Of a stretch of DNA of 64,000 bases, positions 23,466 to 36,959 are shown one piece after another. Each line of letters starts with the position of its first letter. Position 1 is the stretch's first letter. The notes under the pieces were generated by a model that did not search any database, was not told the origin of the DNA, and saw only the letters and a list, made by a program, of their open reading frames with translations. Source of the stretch: Lama guanicoe (lineage: Eukaryota); assembly GCA_013239625.1 (NCBI GenBank), contig MU053881.1:16360373-16424372 (forward strand), read 5' to 3'. The position numbers and the translations under genes were made by a program.

Positions 23466-23799
23466 GCTTCTTATCATTATCAATGCCCTCCCAGCAACCC
23501 TAGGACAGGACGCATATCCCCATCACCACAGATGAGAAGACTGAGGCCGAGGGGGACAGCCTGCTCCGAGAATCCACAGCGAGGTGGTAGCCAAGAAACT
23601 GTCCCCTTGGCTCTTTCCCTTTGCTGTGCTGCTCCTGGGTTTCTCTTGCTGGGTCTCGGGGCAGCACCAGGAAGCAGGAGAATGTGGGTTTCAATTCCAG
23701 GTTTGCCACCAAAGCACTGCCCTCTTACTCACTGAGCTTTGGCTACTTGCCCTCTCTCCGGACCTCAGCTTACTCGTGTGTATAAGGGAGACGCCGTTC

Positions 23800-23900
23800 A
23801 GAGTGACCAGCTGTCCTGGTTTGCCTGGGGCTGAGGGGTTTCTGGGACATGGGACTTTGGGTGCTTGTCTTGGACGAACCTGGGCGAGCTGGTCACCCAG
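23800..23900. mobile_element. MER94-like MITE
   Basis: gtgaccagct ... agctggtcac inverted termini with internal cctggtttgcctggg. Confidence 0.65.
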
Positions 23901-24459
23901 TGCTATCTATCGTTCATTTCAAAGGGAGCCTGCAAGGATGAAAAGAAATTGCCTAGGGCTTAGTAATTATGTGAGAGTTATTTCTGGAACTGGACTAAAA
24001 TGGAAAGAACCTGTGGGTGGAAATTTTAGTGGATGGACTTAGAAAAATCAGCTCTAGTTAAGGAGGGAGGAGGAAGCCCCACCCGGGACCCTAGTTCTAA
24101 CCTGTGATGGGCTCTAAAACATCCCCTCTCTGGGGTCAGTGTGCTGCCTGTGGCTATCGGGTGAGCGCTAGAAGGCTCCCCAGGGCACTTTTAGCACTGT
24201 TACCATTCTGAGCTATTTAGTCTGAGGTCTAAACATGGGAGGTGTGTTAACAGAGTCTCTCAGCGACTCTAAGTCAAGTCATCCTCTCCTGAGCCTTTGG
24301 GCTCAGCTCTCTTCCTTAGTTCCCTCCCTATAAAATGGAGATGGCAACCCCTGCCTCGAAAGGCTGGAGGATGAGCAGCCCCCAACCCTCAAAAAGCTTA
24401 CACTTCAAACCAGAGATCAAGGAATGGTTCTCTTTGGCTCCCATACTAATTTAAAAAAG

Positions 24460-25265
24460 TGTTCAAACTGCAACCAAGATGTCCCTCAATGGGTGAATAA
24501 GAAAACTGTGGAACATCCATATCATGGAATATTACTCAGCACTAAAAAGAAATGAGCTATGAGGGAGGGTAACTCAGTGGCAGAGCACGTGCTTAGCATG
24601 CACAAGGTCCTGGGTTCAATCCCCAGTACCTGCATTTAAAAAATAAGTAAAAAAAAAAAAAGTAATTAAGTAATTTTCAAAAACTATTTTTAAAAATGAG
24701 CTACCAAGCCATGAAAAGACACAGAGGAAGCCTTAAATGCATAATGCTAAGTGTGAGTAGCCAGTCTGAAAAGGCTACCTACTGTATGATTCTAACTCAC
24801 TGACATTCTGGAAAAAGCAGAACTATGGAGAGAGTAAAAGGATGAGAGGTTGTCAGGAGTTTGGGGAGGGAATAGAGGGGCGAAATGAATAGGCAGAGCT
24901 TGGGGGATTTTTAAGTTAGTGAAACTCTTCTGTATGATATTATTATGATGGATACATATCATTATATGTTTGTCAAAATCCATAAAATGTACAACACAAA
25001 GGAACCCTTATGCAAACTACAGACTTTAGTTGACAATGATGTTTATAATACATGATAATAATGGTATTAGGACAATAATGACGTTGATAACAATGTTTGT
25101 TGATTGACTATAATAAATGTACCACTCTGGTGCAGAAAGTTGATGGTGAGGAAAGCTGTATTTGTGGAGGTGGGTAGTCAGAGTATATGGAAACTATGTT
25201 CAGCTTAATTTTGCTAATCTAAAACTGCTCTAAAAATTGTCCATTAATTTTTTAAAAAAGAAAAA
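24460..25265 (+). mobile_element. L1MC-like 3' fragment with nested vic-1-like SINE (24561-24690, TSD aaatgagcta)
   Basis: caaccaagatgtccctcaa..atggaatattactcagc..gaaatgagcta ... aaggctac..tgtatgattc..ttctggaaaa. Confidence 0.8.
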
Positions 25266-25724
25266 ACATGTTCAAGTAGCCAACATATATCATGGGAGCT
25301 GCAAGTCACATTTCTAGCTTCCCTTGAAATATTAGTTCTGTTGGTTCTAGCCCCAGCCAGGTGGGGATGTGCATGGCTGGATCCGACCTGGGGATGGTCT
25401 GCACCTGGCTGTCTTATTGCTTACCTGCCTGCTGTTGGAAGCATTAGTTTGAGACTTAGTCTAGATCAGCTTTTTTTTAAATTTAACTTTTTTTATTGAA
25501 GTGTAGTTTGATTTACAATTTTAGTTTCAGGTGTACAGCAAAGCAATTCAGTTATACATCTGCATACATGTGTTCTTTTTTTCATATTCTTTTCCACTAT
25601 ACGTTATATGAGAAGTTGAATATAGTTTCCTGTGCTATACACTAGGTCTTTGTTGTTTATCTATTTTATACATAGCAATGTGTATTTGTTAATCCCAAAC
25701 TCCTAATTTATCCCTCCTCTAGAT

Positions 25725-25935
25725 TAGCAATTCTTAACTGGCAATAACTGTGTCCTCCCAGGGACACCAGCAATTTCTGGGGACATTTTGGGTTGTCACA
25801 ACTGGGGTGTGCTACTTGCATCTTGTGGGTCGAAGCCAGGGATGCTGGGAAACATCCTGAAATTCACAGAACAGCCCCCACAGCAGGGAATGACCAGGCT
25901 CTGTCACTCAGGTTGAGATTGGGAAACACTGGTGT
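25725..25935. mobile_element. MER20 MITE
   Basis: cagggacac..caatttctggggacattttgggttgtcacaactgggg..gccagggatgctg..aaacatcct. Confidence 0.75.
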
Positions 25936-26867
25936 GGAGAGCGGGTTCTCATCTGGGAAATTAAAAAAAAATATTGATGCCAGTACTCTACAATTCTGAT
26001 TTGAATGGTGAAGGAGTGCTGCCTGGACAACGAGTCTGAAAAGCTCCCCCAGGTTGAATCTAATGTGTAGCCATATTTGAGAACCACTGGTCTGGAAGGC
26101 TCTTTGCATGGGTCAGGGCTTAAGGTAGCCAGGATTATCATTTAGCCATTAATTTACTTGCTTCTTCAATCACGCAACCAGCACCCAGTACTTCATCCTA
26201 TCTTCTTGCAGAACTAGGGGTCCCAGAGGTAAGCCAGACCTGGCCCTCCCCGCCCTGTTAAGGATCTCCAGCCTCTTTCAGTCCAACATTTCTCAAATGG
26301 TAGTGTGCTTATGGGGATCTCGTTCAAAGGTAGGTTCTGTTTCAGCAGGTCTGGGTGGGGGCTTTCTTAACCTGCTCCCAGGGGTCACAGATGCTGTTCA
26401 CTTGAGGACCACACTCTAGGCTTCATCCTCATTCAGGATTCTCACAAAAGTCTGACCCAGAAGATGCATGCATCTTAGGAAACTCATTGCCCCACACCTT
26501 ACAAATAATTCTAACTACCTCTTGAAAGTGCCTGAGACCTGACCACTGACAAACTTCTCAACAGATCTTCCCAATAGCCAGGAAAGGGAGGCCAGGATTA
26601 TTTTTACCAATGAGCCCATTTCACAGGTCAGCAAACCGAAGCTCATGTAAGCCAAGCAACCAGCTTGGTTGTTTCCTCACTGCTAGAGGCAGAACTGACT
26701 CCCAATTTGAAGATCATTCCTTAAAGCCAGCTTGGCTCTCAGGTTCACAAAATTCTTAATTTCTGAACAAGGGGCCCTGCATATTCCATAGCCGGTTCTG
26801 CAGTCAGCACATGGATTCTGAGAAGAAATCTTTAGGAACACCACACTGGGGGGCCAACAAAAAAGTC

Positions 26868-26888
26868 CTATATATATATATATATATA

Positions 26889-26926
<38 letters not shown>

Positions 26927-26960
26927 TACATATATACATGTACATTATATATATATATAT
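26868..26960. repeat. (TA)n/(CA)n compound microsatellite
   Basis: Directly visible. Confidence 0.95.
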
Positions 26961-29046
26961 TTTACAGTTTTCATGTAGAAAAGAAAATGGAAAGTCCAGA
27001 TCAATTTTTAGAAATAAAACAATCGATACAGCAATAAATTTTATTATTTTGATAGAAGATACACATGAATAGGGTACCTCCAAATTTTAAGTGAATGGTA
27101 TTTTTTTCTAAGGGGAGGCAAGTACCCCAGAGCAATCATAGCGATTCTTGGGGTCAAGCAGATCTGGGTTCAGATCCCAAGGCTGCCATTTACCAGGCTT
27201 ATTGCACATGTAAAGTAGCTTAGCCTCTACTTCCTATTTCCCCAGTTATGAAAGGAGGGAGTTGAACTGGCCAGGGGGTTCTCAACCTTGACAGCACACA
27301 GCATCACTGGGAGACAGAAGCTTGAAATATAAGCACGCCTGGGCCCTATCTCAGATATTCTGGTCTGGACTAGAGATGAGGCAGAGGTTTAAGAGCCCCC
27401 AGGAGCCTCTAATGTCCAGCTGGGGTTCAGAATCACTGAACGCTCTCAACCTTCAGGCTCCGCACTTCAAGTTCAGATGATTTACTCTGTGACTCCAGCA
27501 GGAATGTCCCAACCCCTTCTTCGTGTTCCCAGCCCAGAGACCTCTTTCCTTCCAGACACTTGTGTCCTACAGCCCTACGGGGCTCCTGCCCTCCACAATG
27601 TTAGATTTCCCAATGTGTGCTAGGTTCTGTACCTGCCCAGAGGACGAGCCTGATCCCCCAGGAATTCGTCTGCAGACAGGAAATACAGCCCCCTGTTCAG
27701 GCTAAGACAATACAAAGCTTATTTTGCTTTGCAAAGTAACTGCTTTCCAGAAGAGCTTTTAAAGAAACAGACTCTGGCATGTGAACGAGCTAAAATAAAA
27801 CAGAACAAAAACACTTGGCAGGCAGAGTAGGATCGTATTTGCATAAGACTGTGCATTTACATCCATAACTACAGGGGTATAATGCAGAGAGGTGAGGTAT
27901 GGAAGGGTGGCCATGACATTAAGTGTAATTATCTTTGTTTTCCTTTGGGCAGTTAGCTTTATTTTTTAAAAAATATATACATGAGCACCTATTTTCATCA
28001 TCTTAAAAAAAGCTATTTCCACTGAGAAGAGAATATAGGGGTAATTTACATCTAAGTGGGAGAAAGGGTCACAAAGTTTCAGGTGATTGGTGTTTTTTCT
28101 AAAGCTAAATTCTAAATCCTATTGTCTGTTTAGTTTGCTGGTGTGCTAGAATGATTCAAATAGGAGGAGATGAACAAGAAACACTCCCTGAACCTTGTAT
28201 AAAAATAGAATACATTCTAAGGAGGCCATTTACCATCATTTAAAAAAAATGATTTAAAAAAAAAATTCAAGAAGCTGGGTCTTCCCTGTAGCCATTCTCC
28301 AGGAGGGTCTGGAGCTGGTGGGAGGAGGCTGACCCCAAATCACCCCGTCCTAGGGCCGGTACTGCTCAGTAAGTGGAAAGGATCCGGGCCAGAGCTGGAA
28401 GAACTCCCGCCGGGCTCGGAGACCCAGCACAGCCTCGGCCCAGGGGAAGGGAGAGGAGCTTGACCCGCAGCCACAGCGGGGAGGGGGCACCGGTGTCACT
28501 TTCTCTGAACCTGATCACAGCCCCCAGCACGGCCGGCCCTTATATAGACACTCAGCTGCCGCTCCGGCTTCCCGCGCCAAGGGCAAGGAGGGAGGTCACG
28601 GCTCCAGGCGGCCAGGACATCCGGTCCGGCCGGCAGCGCCGACCCCGGTCTGCGCCCTCACCACGACCTACGCCCCTTGCCCAAGTTCATGAGACCCTAC
28701 CCTGCGAGGATCCCTGACCTTCTCTCCTTGCTTCCTCCCCAGCACCTGCTCCCTCTCCTCTGAACAATCATGTTCCTTTCCTTCCCTCCAGGTTACATCT
28801 GCTTCCCCTTCCCCAGCCCCACAATCTCAGGGGCTTTTCGCTCTCCTTGCCCTCCCTCCCGTCTCTCCTGTCTGCCAGCCCCCGTGTGGGAGAACCCTAT
28901 GATGACAGCACCTGGCAGGTCACCCGAACTGGTCCCTGGGGCTGTCCCCCCACGATCCAGGCCTTTCCCCTCCTCCAGATCCCTAGGTTTACCCCTGACC
29001 CTTGCCCCGCAATGCTAGCCCCCTCCAGCCCCCGGCCTTGACTCAC

Positions 29047-29170
29047 CTGGCTCATACTTGAGGTAGATAATGGAGACGATGAAGTAGCTAAGGTCGAAGA
29101 CAGGAAAGAGGGGAACCCGAGAGAAGCTGAGGGCAAGCTCGCCCAGGCTCAGCGCCGAGAGCAGCTCCAT
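29047..29170 (-). CDS. TMEM38A: TMEM38A (TRIC-A trimeric intracellular cation channel) coding exon 1
   Basis: Minus-strand ATG at 29170 (gccATGg) reads [41 protein letters not shown](G), the TMEM38A N-terminus. 124 nt, ends at a G|GTGAGT donor. Confidence 0.97.
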
Positions 29171-30273
29171 GGCTCCCGACGGGTCCCACCCCAGCCCCCG
29201 GCCGGGTGCGTCCCGTCGCCCGAGGCCCGGCGACTGCGCCCCCGCCGCTGGACCCGCCCCCGCCCTCCAGGCGCCGCCCCCAACCCTGCCCCTGCGGGAG
29301 AGGAGGGGCGACCGCAGGCTTCGGGGCGGGTCTGGAGACTGTCCTGTCCCATGGAGCGAAGACGGTCGAGTGTCCCATACTCTGTCCCTCGGGCCATCAC
29401 GACCCCATTCAGCCCGGTGAAGCGGGGTACGGGGTCCCTGTAGAGTGTGAGCTGGACAGGGTATCTGTCCTTGGAGTGGAGCGGGATCCGTTCCGCACCT
29501 AGCCCACCCAGGCCGGATGGATCATTCGGGACCCCGTCCTCGTAGGGCTAAATTAGGACCCACGTCCTCTGTAGAGCCCTTGGATCGGGACCTCCATCTC
29601 CTTGGGGCCCAATCTGTGTGAATCCCAGATTCCCGTGCCCCATAGGCTCCGTTCCCCAGGACCTCGGTCCTTTATGGAGCTGTCATGATCCAAGCCCTCT
29701 GTAAGTCATGACTTCTGTCCCCTGCACAGAACCCCATCCTCCAAGGGAACCTCTTAGTCGGGGATCGCGCCTCCCGTGGGGCCCAGGAGCAGGCCCTTTT
29801 GGAGTTCCATCAGTCGGAGCGTCCATGCCCGGGAAAGCCCACTGCGTCAGGACCCACTCCCCTGTTTAGTTCAATGATCAGGGGGCCCCGTTTCTCCAGA
29901 AGCCCCATCCGAGACCCTAGCCCGCAGAAGGAAAAGCTGCAGCTCTAGTTCTCCGGCGCGCAGGTCCCTTATGCAGGTGCGACCCACTTCCAATCCGTGA
30001 TTCAAACTCGTCCCCACGTGACCCCGCCCCTTTCGGTGACGTAGCGTTCTCGCCCCGCCCTTCCTTGACTAGGCTCTGGGCCTCCAGAGCGAGGAGCGGC
30101 GCTCGCTCTTCCTTAAGGGGGCTTGGCCTGCAGAAGGCGGGACCCTGCCAGCCTTGGCCTTTGATTGGCCCAGCCCTCACCAGAGCTGCTTCGACATTGG
30201 TCGGCTCGTCTTCCTCTCCTCTGCCTCCCCGAGGCTTCCGCTTCCTATTCTGACGGACGCTCCGGCCGTAACG

Positions 30274-30299
30274 ATGATCGGGGATATCCTGCTGTTTGG
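30274..30299 (+). CDS. SMIM7: SMIM7 (small integral membrane protein 7, C19orf42) coding exon 1
   Basis: ATG ATC GGG GAT ATC CTG CTG TTT GG|gtaatt = MIGDILLF(G), the SMIM7 N-terminus. 26 nt. Confidence 0.95.
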
Positions 30300-30381
30300 G
30301 TAATTAAGGTGACCAGAGGATAGGGCGAGAGGGCCCGATGGGATGGGAGGAAGTTCACATAACCGTATTCTTCTTTCGCAG

Positions 30382-30423
30382 GACGCTGCTGATGAACGCC
30401 GGGGCGGTCCTCAACTTTAAGCT
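30382..30423 (+). CDS. SMIM7: SMIM7 coding exon 2
   Basis: ttcgcag| acceptor after an 82-nt intron. Encodes (G)TLLMNAGAVLNFK(L). 42 nt, |gtgagt donor. Confidence 0.95.
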
Positions 30424-30914
30424 GTGAGTAGGCCGCCCTGAACCGCGGCTCAATCCCTGGGGCCCGTAGCCCCGCCCCTGCGAGAGTGAGCCCGCCCTAC
30501 GCCGCCGGCCCCGCCCTCAAGTCCCAGCCCTCTAGCCCCGCCTCCACCTTGGCCCGTACTCCTGTGACCCTCTGCGCCACCGCATCATGAAATCCGGACT
30601 CTCGGTTCCCCCAGGATCCTCTGTTCACACCCACGACAGCCTCAGGCGCATCCCCCAAGAATCTCTTAGCCCTAACCTGTACCCTCAGCCCCGCACCTGG
30701 CACCTTCGGACCACCCTCTCCACCCCGTCGGTTGCAGGCATGGCTGTGATTGGCGGGGCACTTGGTGGCCCAGGGAGGATCACTGAACCGCCTGAGGTCA
30801 CACGGCAAATCAGCGATAGAGCTAGAGCTTCCCTCTGAGCTGGGGGTCAGGGCGAGGGGACTAAGTGGTTTGTGTGTCCCATTGAAAGTGGACGCTGTCT
30901 GCTTCTTTTTGTAG

Positions 30915-30967
30915 GAAAAAGAAGGACACGCAGGGCTTTGGTGAGGAGTCGAGGGAGCCCAGCACAG
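30915..30967 (+). CDS. SMIM7: SMIM7 coding exon 3
   Basis: tttttgtag| acceptor. Encodes (L)KKKDTQGFGEESREPST(G). 53 nt, AG|gtaagg donor. Confidence 0.95.
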
Positions 30968-31041
30968 GTAAGGCCTCCTTTCTGGACTCTGGGATTGATA
31001 TATTTCAGAGAGGACAGTTCTTTTTCACCAATTTTCTTTTT

Positions 31042-31043
<2 letters not shown>

Positions 31044-31083
<40 letters not shown>
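31044..31083. repeat. (GT)n microsatellite in SMIM7 intron 3
   Basis: About 20 perfect GT units, 77 nt downstream of the exon 3 donor. Confidence 0.95.
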
Positions 31084-31091
<8 letters not shown>

Positions 31092-34000
31092 CGGGCCTGA
31101 GTTTGTGCTGTTCCTTCTACCCACCTCTGCACCCACTTTTCTCCTGCCGGACATCCTGCATAGGTCAGCGCTCTTACCACTTCCTACAGTTATAATTTTC
31201 CTTTGTGTATGCTATCATCTGGCTAATATTTACCCCTCACACTTGACTTTAAGCTCCAGAGAAGAGGCTCCGATGTCCTTGCATCTCTGTTCTTGGAATG
31301 CGTAAATGAATGGTATAGTGATTCATTCCAGCGTAAATGAATGAATGAATGAGTAGCCTCACAAGTAGCTGTTATTTCAGAATGCTGTAGGTCTGTTTGT
31401 TTAATTTTCAGTTAGATTAGCTTTCAGATAAATCAGGAGATGTCATATAAAAATTCAGATGTCTGATTTTTCAAGAAAATCAGAACATCCTACAAGTTGG
31501 GATGGGTTCAAGCGACCTTTTGGCTCCTGTTGAATGGGAGTTGAGAAGCAGGACCTGGTTAAAACAAGACTTGTAGCCTCTACCGCATCCCAGCCCCAAC
31601 CCCCTTATTTTTACATTATTTCACCTGCCCGGCCCCTGGAGGCCCTAGAATTTATACTTCCTGCTAAATTGATTTATGTAACTATATGGAGTCTAATGAG
31701 ACCTGTACATGACTATTGTGTCCATTCATTCATTCATTCATTCACTAAGCATTTATTGAGTACCTACTACATACCAGCCACTGTACTGGATGCTGGAGGG
31801 GCAGGAGGGAGCAAGACAGATGTAATTCCTGCTTTGGGGTTATACTAACATGGAGCAGGACAAACAGTTCCTAAATGAGAAACAAACAGTGACAGAGAAG
31901 ATGTCAGATGAGGAGAGCGATGGGCTTGCTTCCCCGGGCTGGGCTGCATGGAGGGGAGGCCCTTGGAGGAGGTGGCATTGCAGCAAAGATTATGGGTGCT
32001 GTGATGAAGCATCGCACCAGGAGCCGTGAATCTGAAGACAGTCTGACAGCCCCCCTTTACTGGGGAGCCTGCTGGGTGGTGGCTGCCTTGTTAGGTGCCT
32101 CCTATGAGTGTTTCACTCCATTTCCATTCCTAAAAGATGAGGAACATTGTCCCATTTTACAGATGAGGAAGCTGAGGCTCAGAGATGTAGCTCACCTTGT
32201 TCATGGCTGCAGAGCAAATCAATGACAGCATCAGGATTGGAGCTTGGGTTTTTCTGACACCAGAGGTTGTCCTCTGAATCACTATACCATCCATCTGTTC
32301 ATTCATTCATTCATGCATTCATTCCAAAGATGTATATATTGCTTACCCACCATGTGGAAGGCACTGTACCAGCCCCTGGGGCTGTGGTCCATAGATCCGA
32401 ATTGGAGCTGTAGTGAGTGGGAGATTGGGCATGCGGGCTCAGAAGTGGCAGGAGCATAGGTGACAAGGATGGTCAGAACAGTGGCTCCCCTCTGATCAGG
32501 GGCTCTCTGCAAGGCTCCTTCAAGCTAGGAGTCTGTGCTGGCCACTGCCCCTGTAGAGGATGCTCCTCTCCCTCCATCCTCTGTCTGGCTGACCCCTAAT
32601 ACCCTAGTGGCTGCATTTGTTGAGAGCATCCTGTGTACCAGGTGCTGTGCTCAGGTCTTCCCAGTCCCCTATCATTCCCATTTACACAGGAGGAAACTGG
32701 GGCACACATAGGCCCAGGTACAGAAGGGCAGTAAACCTGAGCCCATATTTAAGGTCAGAGTGCACGCACTTCCTCAGTGAGACGTCTTCTGACCCCACCT
32801 CCCTCCTGACACCTGCCAGGTTGGGTTCCCCCACTGTGGCTCCCGTGGCACTTGTCATGGTGAATATTAGGTGTGTGGATACTTTTTCAGTATTTGTCCT
32901 CCCGTGAGCTCTTTAAGGCAGGGATACATGTCTCATTCCTCCCTGTATACCCCGCACTCAGCTACTCCCTGGATGGAGCGGCCTTTAGTCAGCATTTGTT
33001 GATGGTAAGAGAGCCCCTTTTTGTGATCCTGGGCTCAGAAAAGGGCCTTGCCAAGCAGTGTCTAGCAGGCATTCTGGGGATGGACTTGTCTCTGACATTT
33101 GTAGTCCATGCTGGGCCAACACTTACATAGGCTGTGCTCCATGTGGCTAACCCCGTGGGTTGGGTAATAGTGGATTCCCATCTAAACCGTGTTCAACAAG
33201 ACCATGTACTGATCATATACTTGGATGGAGCAGCAGTGCCAGGTGGCTGTCATGTTGTGTGCTCTGGAAATTTCTGAGTTCCTGCCTGGTATTCCATACT
33301 TAGCGGACAGCCCTGTGGATGACAGTTCAGGTAACGCCCTTGTAGATCACCTAATCTGGATCCATTCATTTTACTCTGGAGGCCTGAAGAGGCTGGGCGA
33401 TCAACTCAAAACCCAAGAGGAAAGTTCTGGATCCCAGCCCTCTGGAGTCTTCACATACCAAATTGCCTCTTCTTGGAGAGGTTTCTGTTCCTTGGCATCA
33501 GAGGGGACCAGAGTAAGTCGTCACCAAAGCAAAACTCCCATTTTACTTGCCCGAATTAGAATGCTTTTTCACTTGTAAACAGCTGAAAACCAGCTCAGAG
33601 TAGTTAAAACAAATTGAAACATCCAAGGATAGAATTGTCTTCAGGCACACCTGGATTCAGGGCGTAAGCCGTCCCTCCAGCAGGTGACCCTCTCCACCTC
33701 TTTTTTCTTCTGGGTTGGTTTTACTATCAGGGTGGCTTGTGTTGACAAAGAAACAGGTGTCAGGGGCCACCTTTGGTCCATGGGCCATGGTTTGCCAACC
33801 TCTGCCTTAGAGGACTGGACTTACATCTTCCCAGCCCAGCAATCCTGACAGAAAGCAAGTGCCTCTTTCCCAGTAATTGGGGAAAAAGTCCCAAGGCTGA
33901 CTCATTGATCAGTCTTGGGTCACTTGCCCTTCCCTGAGCCAATCAGAGGTTGGGGGCCCAGTATTCTCAGGGGGTTGGTCAGTGGCAGCTAACACTTGAG

Positions 34001-34125
34001 TGCGCAGGGCTGGGGAGCAGTGGCAGCCCAAAGGAAAAGCCATGCTGCCACTGGAACATGGGGACAGTGGGTGCGGAGCAGGCAGAGGCCACAGGAGCAC
34101 ACTGCAGCTGGGACAGAAACGTTAG

Positions 34126-34251
<126 letters not shown>

Positions 34252-36583
34252 TAAGTCCGGCCCGCCTGTCCCCTTCGTGGTCATTATCATCAGCATTGTT
34301 CTCCAGAATGACCCACCTGATGGTCATTCTCTGTCCTCTCAGTCTGCACTTTGGTGTCACGCTTTCTGCTTTCAAAGTAAGAACTCTCCACACTTGAGAG
34401 GAAACCGGGATCTACAAGAGTTAAATGATGTCACCTCGGTCCGGGCTGGAGCTTCGATGGGAACATGGCATCCTCCAAGTCCTGGCTGTGCCTGGTGCCT
34501 TGGCAGGGGCTGCCAGGAGTAGCCTGTTCCTGAGCCCGTGGCCCTGTTACCTCTCACCAGCTGTGTTGTGCTTAGCCTATACTTGGCATTGGCCAGAATG
34601 GAAAATATGGCTTGAAGGGCCAGTGTGTTGCTGGATCTTGTTCCCACCCTGCTGGAAGCCAGCAGAAGTGTGTTCAGACTTTATTTCTGTTTTTTTCTGC
34701 CTATTTTTATTTTCTCATTAGGCTTTGGTTTTCCTTTCAGTGTCAGGGCACTCACTCCAGTACTGCTATTGATGAATTGTGAGACTCAATAAACAGACTC
34801 AGGGGAAAAAAACCAAAGGAGAATCTGGGATTCTAGGCCATGCTGGGCCCATCCCTGTATGCTTCCCCCAAAGAGGAAGAGAATGAAAAGCTGGCTGTCC
34901 TGAGTAATTGAGACGCTGACTTTGGGGTGGCTGGACAGTCCTTGTGCCAACCCAGTGGCTGTTTTGAGGCGAAGATTCCAGGACTTAGGAGATCGGGGAG
35001 GAGGAGAGATTTCTATGTCACTGGAAAATATTCTGGAGCCCAGAATGAAGACCATAATGTATGCTCAGAAGAAAGAGCCTTTTTGGGAGCTCGGATAAGG
35101 CCTGCCTAGGTACAAAGAGGGCTTGTGAAGAGATCAAGGAGTTCACAGAAGGGTGTGGGAAGTATACCTAGTCCTCACAGGAAGTGGGAGTGTTGAGGGG
35201 CTTCTCCAGCCTTTGACTCTCTAGATTCCCACCTGTTCATTCATTCATTTATCTACTCACAACTGTCTCTCATGGGCTGTGCTCTGGGCTTAAAGTTGAG
35301 ACCAGAACAGTCATAGTCCCTGCCATCAGCAAATGCACAGTATAACATGGACATAAAATAAGCAAATAGTCAAAAAAAAAAAGGGTTAGTTGTGAGGTGA
35401 ATTGGAAGGAGGTTCCCAGTTTAGGAGGGTCAGGAAGACACTCTGAGAAGGTGCTGTTCAAATCATGACCTAAAGAAGGAAGCCTGCCATTGACAGAGCT
35501 GGAGAGAGGCACAGTAGCTCTTTCTACTGGAAGCAAGATGTGCAAAGGTCCTGGGGCAAGGAAGAACTCTATGTTTTCCTCATTTTGTTCTTTTCTGTCC
35601 GTTGGCTTCATCATCCTCTTTTGCCTGACTAGCTTCCTTCACTGCTCATCTGCTGGCCTGTTACCAGGATGGTAGCCTCAGGCTTTGTGACCTCCCAGTT
35701 CAGCCCAAGTCTTAGCTTAGCCAGTAGCCCATTGTCCTGATTGTGATTTCTGGAAGCACCTCACTAGCTACCTGTTACCCAGGGCCACTTGGATTGGGGG
35801 TTCCAGGTCAGAGATCAGCAAATCATAGCCCATGGGCCATATCCCTCCTCAGCCTGTTTTCATAAATGAAGTTTTCATGAGTGGAGCACACCCATGTCTG
35901 TGCCTGCTCTTGCACTACAGTGGCAATGTTGGATCATTTTGACAGACTTGCAAAGCCTGAACCACTTACTGTGAGGCATTTTACAGAAAGAGTGTGCTGA
36001 TCCCTGACCTAGGCCAGCTCTTTCAGCACATGCCAAGAAGGGGGGATGCTTCTCTCCAGAAAGGGCTTTTTCAGGATATAAGAAAATGGAAATTACCTAA
36101 GTCTCCAAGAACAGGAGGAGAGTCAGGTAACTCGAAAGATACCCGTATGACCAGCTGTCATGCTGCCATCACTGATGATGTGCCGGAAAGTTCCGTCTAC
36201 TAAGGAAAATGTTTTGAAAGTAAAGGTCAAGTGTCACCTGTATGCACACTCTGGCGTCACTTGTGACTTGCACACAGTTAGCATTGAATAAATGCTGAGT
36301 GCATGAGGGAAATAACTTCCAGCAAGGGAGCTGGAAGGATCTACCCCAGCCTGTCCACGAAAGTGACTGTGCTGTGACTTCTGAGGAATTTTGTGGGCCC
36401 ATGGGGTGGTTCGCTATTCCCTGCACTCATTTTTGTCTTGTTTGAGCTGAGCTCAATGGGAAATTTTTTTTAAGTGATTAAAAAAAGAAAAAAGAAAAAA
36501 ACCTTGAAACCACGTGTCTGAGTGTTTAGAGACCAAGGGCACTGATACCTGTGACTTTGAAACACATCAAAAATAAGGTAGAT

Positions 36584-36730
36584 GGGGGAACAGTATAGCT
36601 CAAGTGGTAGAGCGCATGCTTAACATGCATGGGGTTGTGGGTTCAATCCCCAGTACCTCCTCCAAATATAAATAAATAAATAAACCTAATTACCTCCCCC
36701 TCATAAAACAAACAAACAGACAAACAAAAA
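36584..36730 (+). mobile_element. vic-1-like SINE
   Basis: gtatagctcaagtggtagagcgcatgctt..ggttcaatccccagtacctcc. TSD aaaataaggtRga. Confidence 0.85.
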
Positions 36731-36959
36731 TAAGGTGGACAGATAAATGGATAGATACACAGTAAAGGAAAGCGTTAATTGCAGAATATAGGTGGTGTGT
36801 GTGGCGCTGTTCTCTGAACTGTTCTTGTAACTCTTTCATATGTTGAAATCTTCGTAATAAAAATGGGTGGTGGGAAGATAGAAAATGAGGGTGTCAAACC
36901 ATGGAAAAGGGTCTTAATAAGTAAAAAGTGGAAGTCACTCTTCACAATCCAAAATTTTG

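Larger units (their letters stand above)
28380..30800. promoter_or_regulatory. CpG island and shared divergent promoter of TMEM38A and SMIM7
   Basis: High GC/CpG. GC boxes at about 29250-29330, CCAAT boxes at about 29989, 30162 and 30196, CACGTG at 30015-30020, CRE-like TGACGT at 30037-30042, and ETS-like cttccg at about 30235. Start codons are 1.1 kb apart. Confidence 0.85.
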
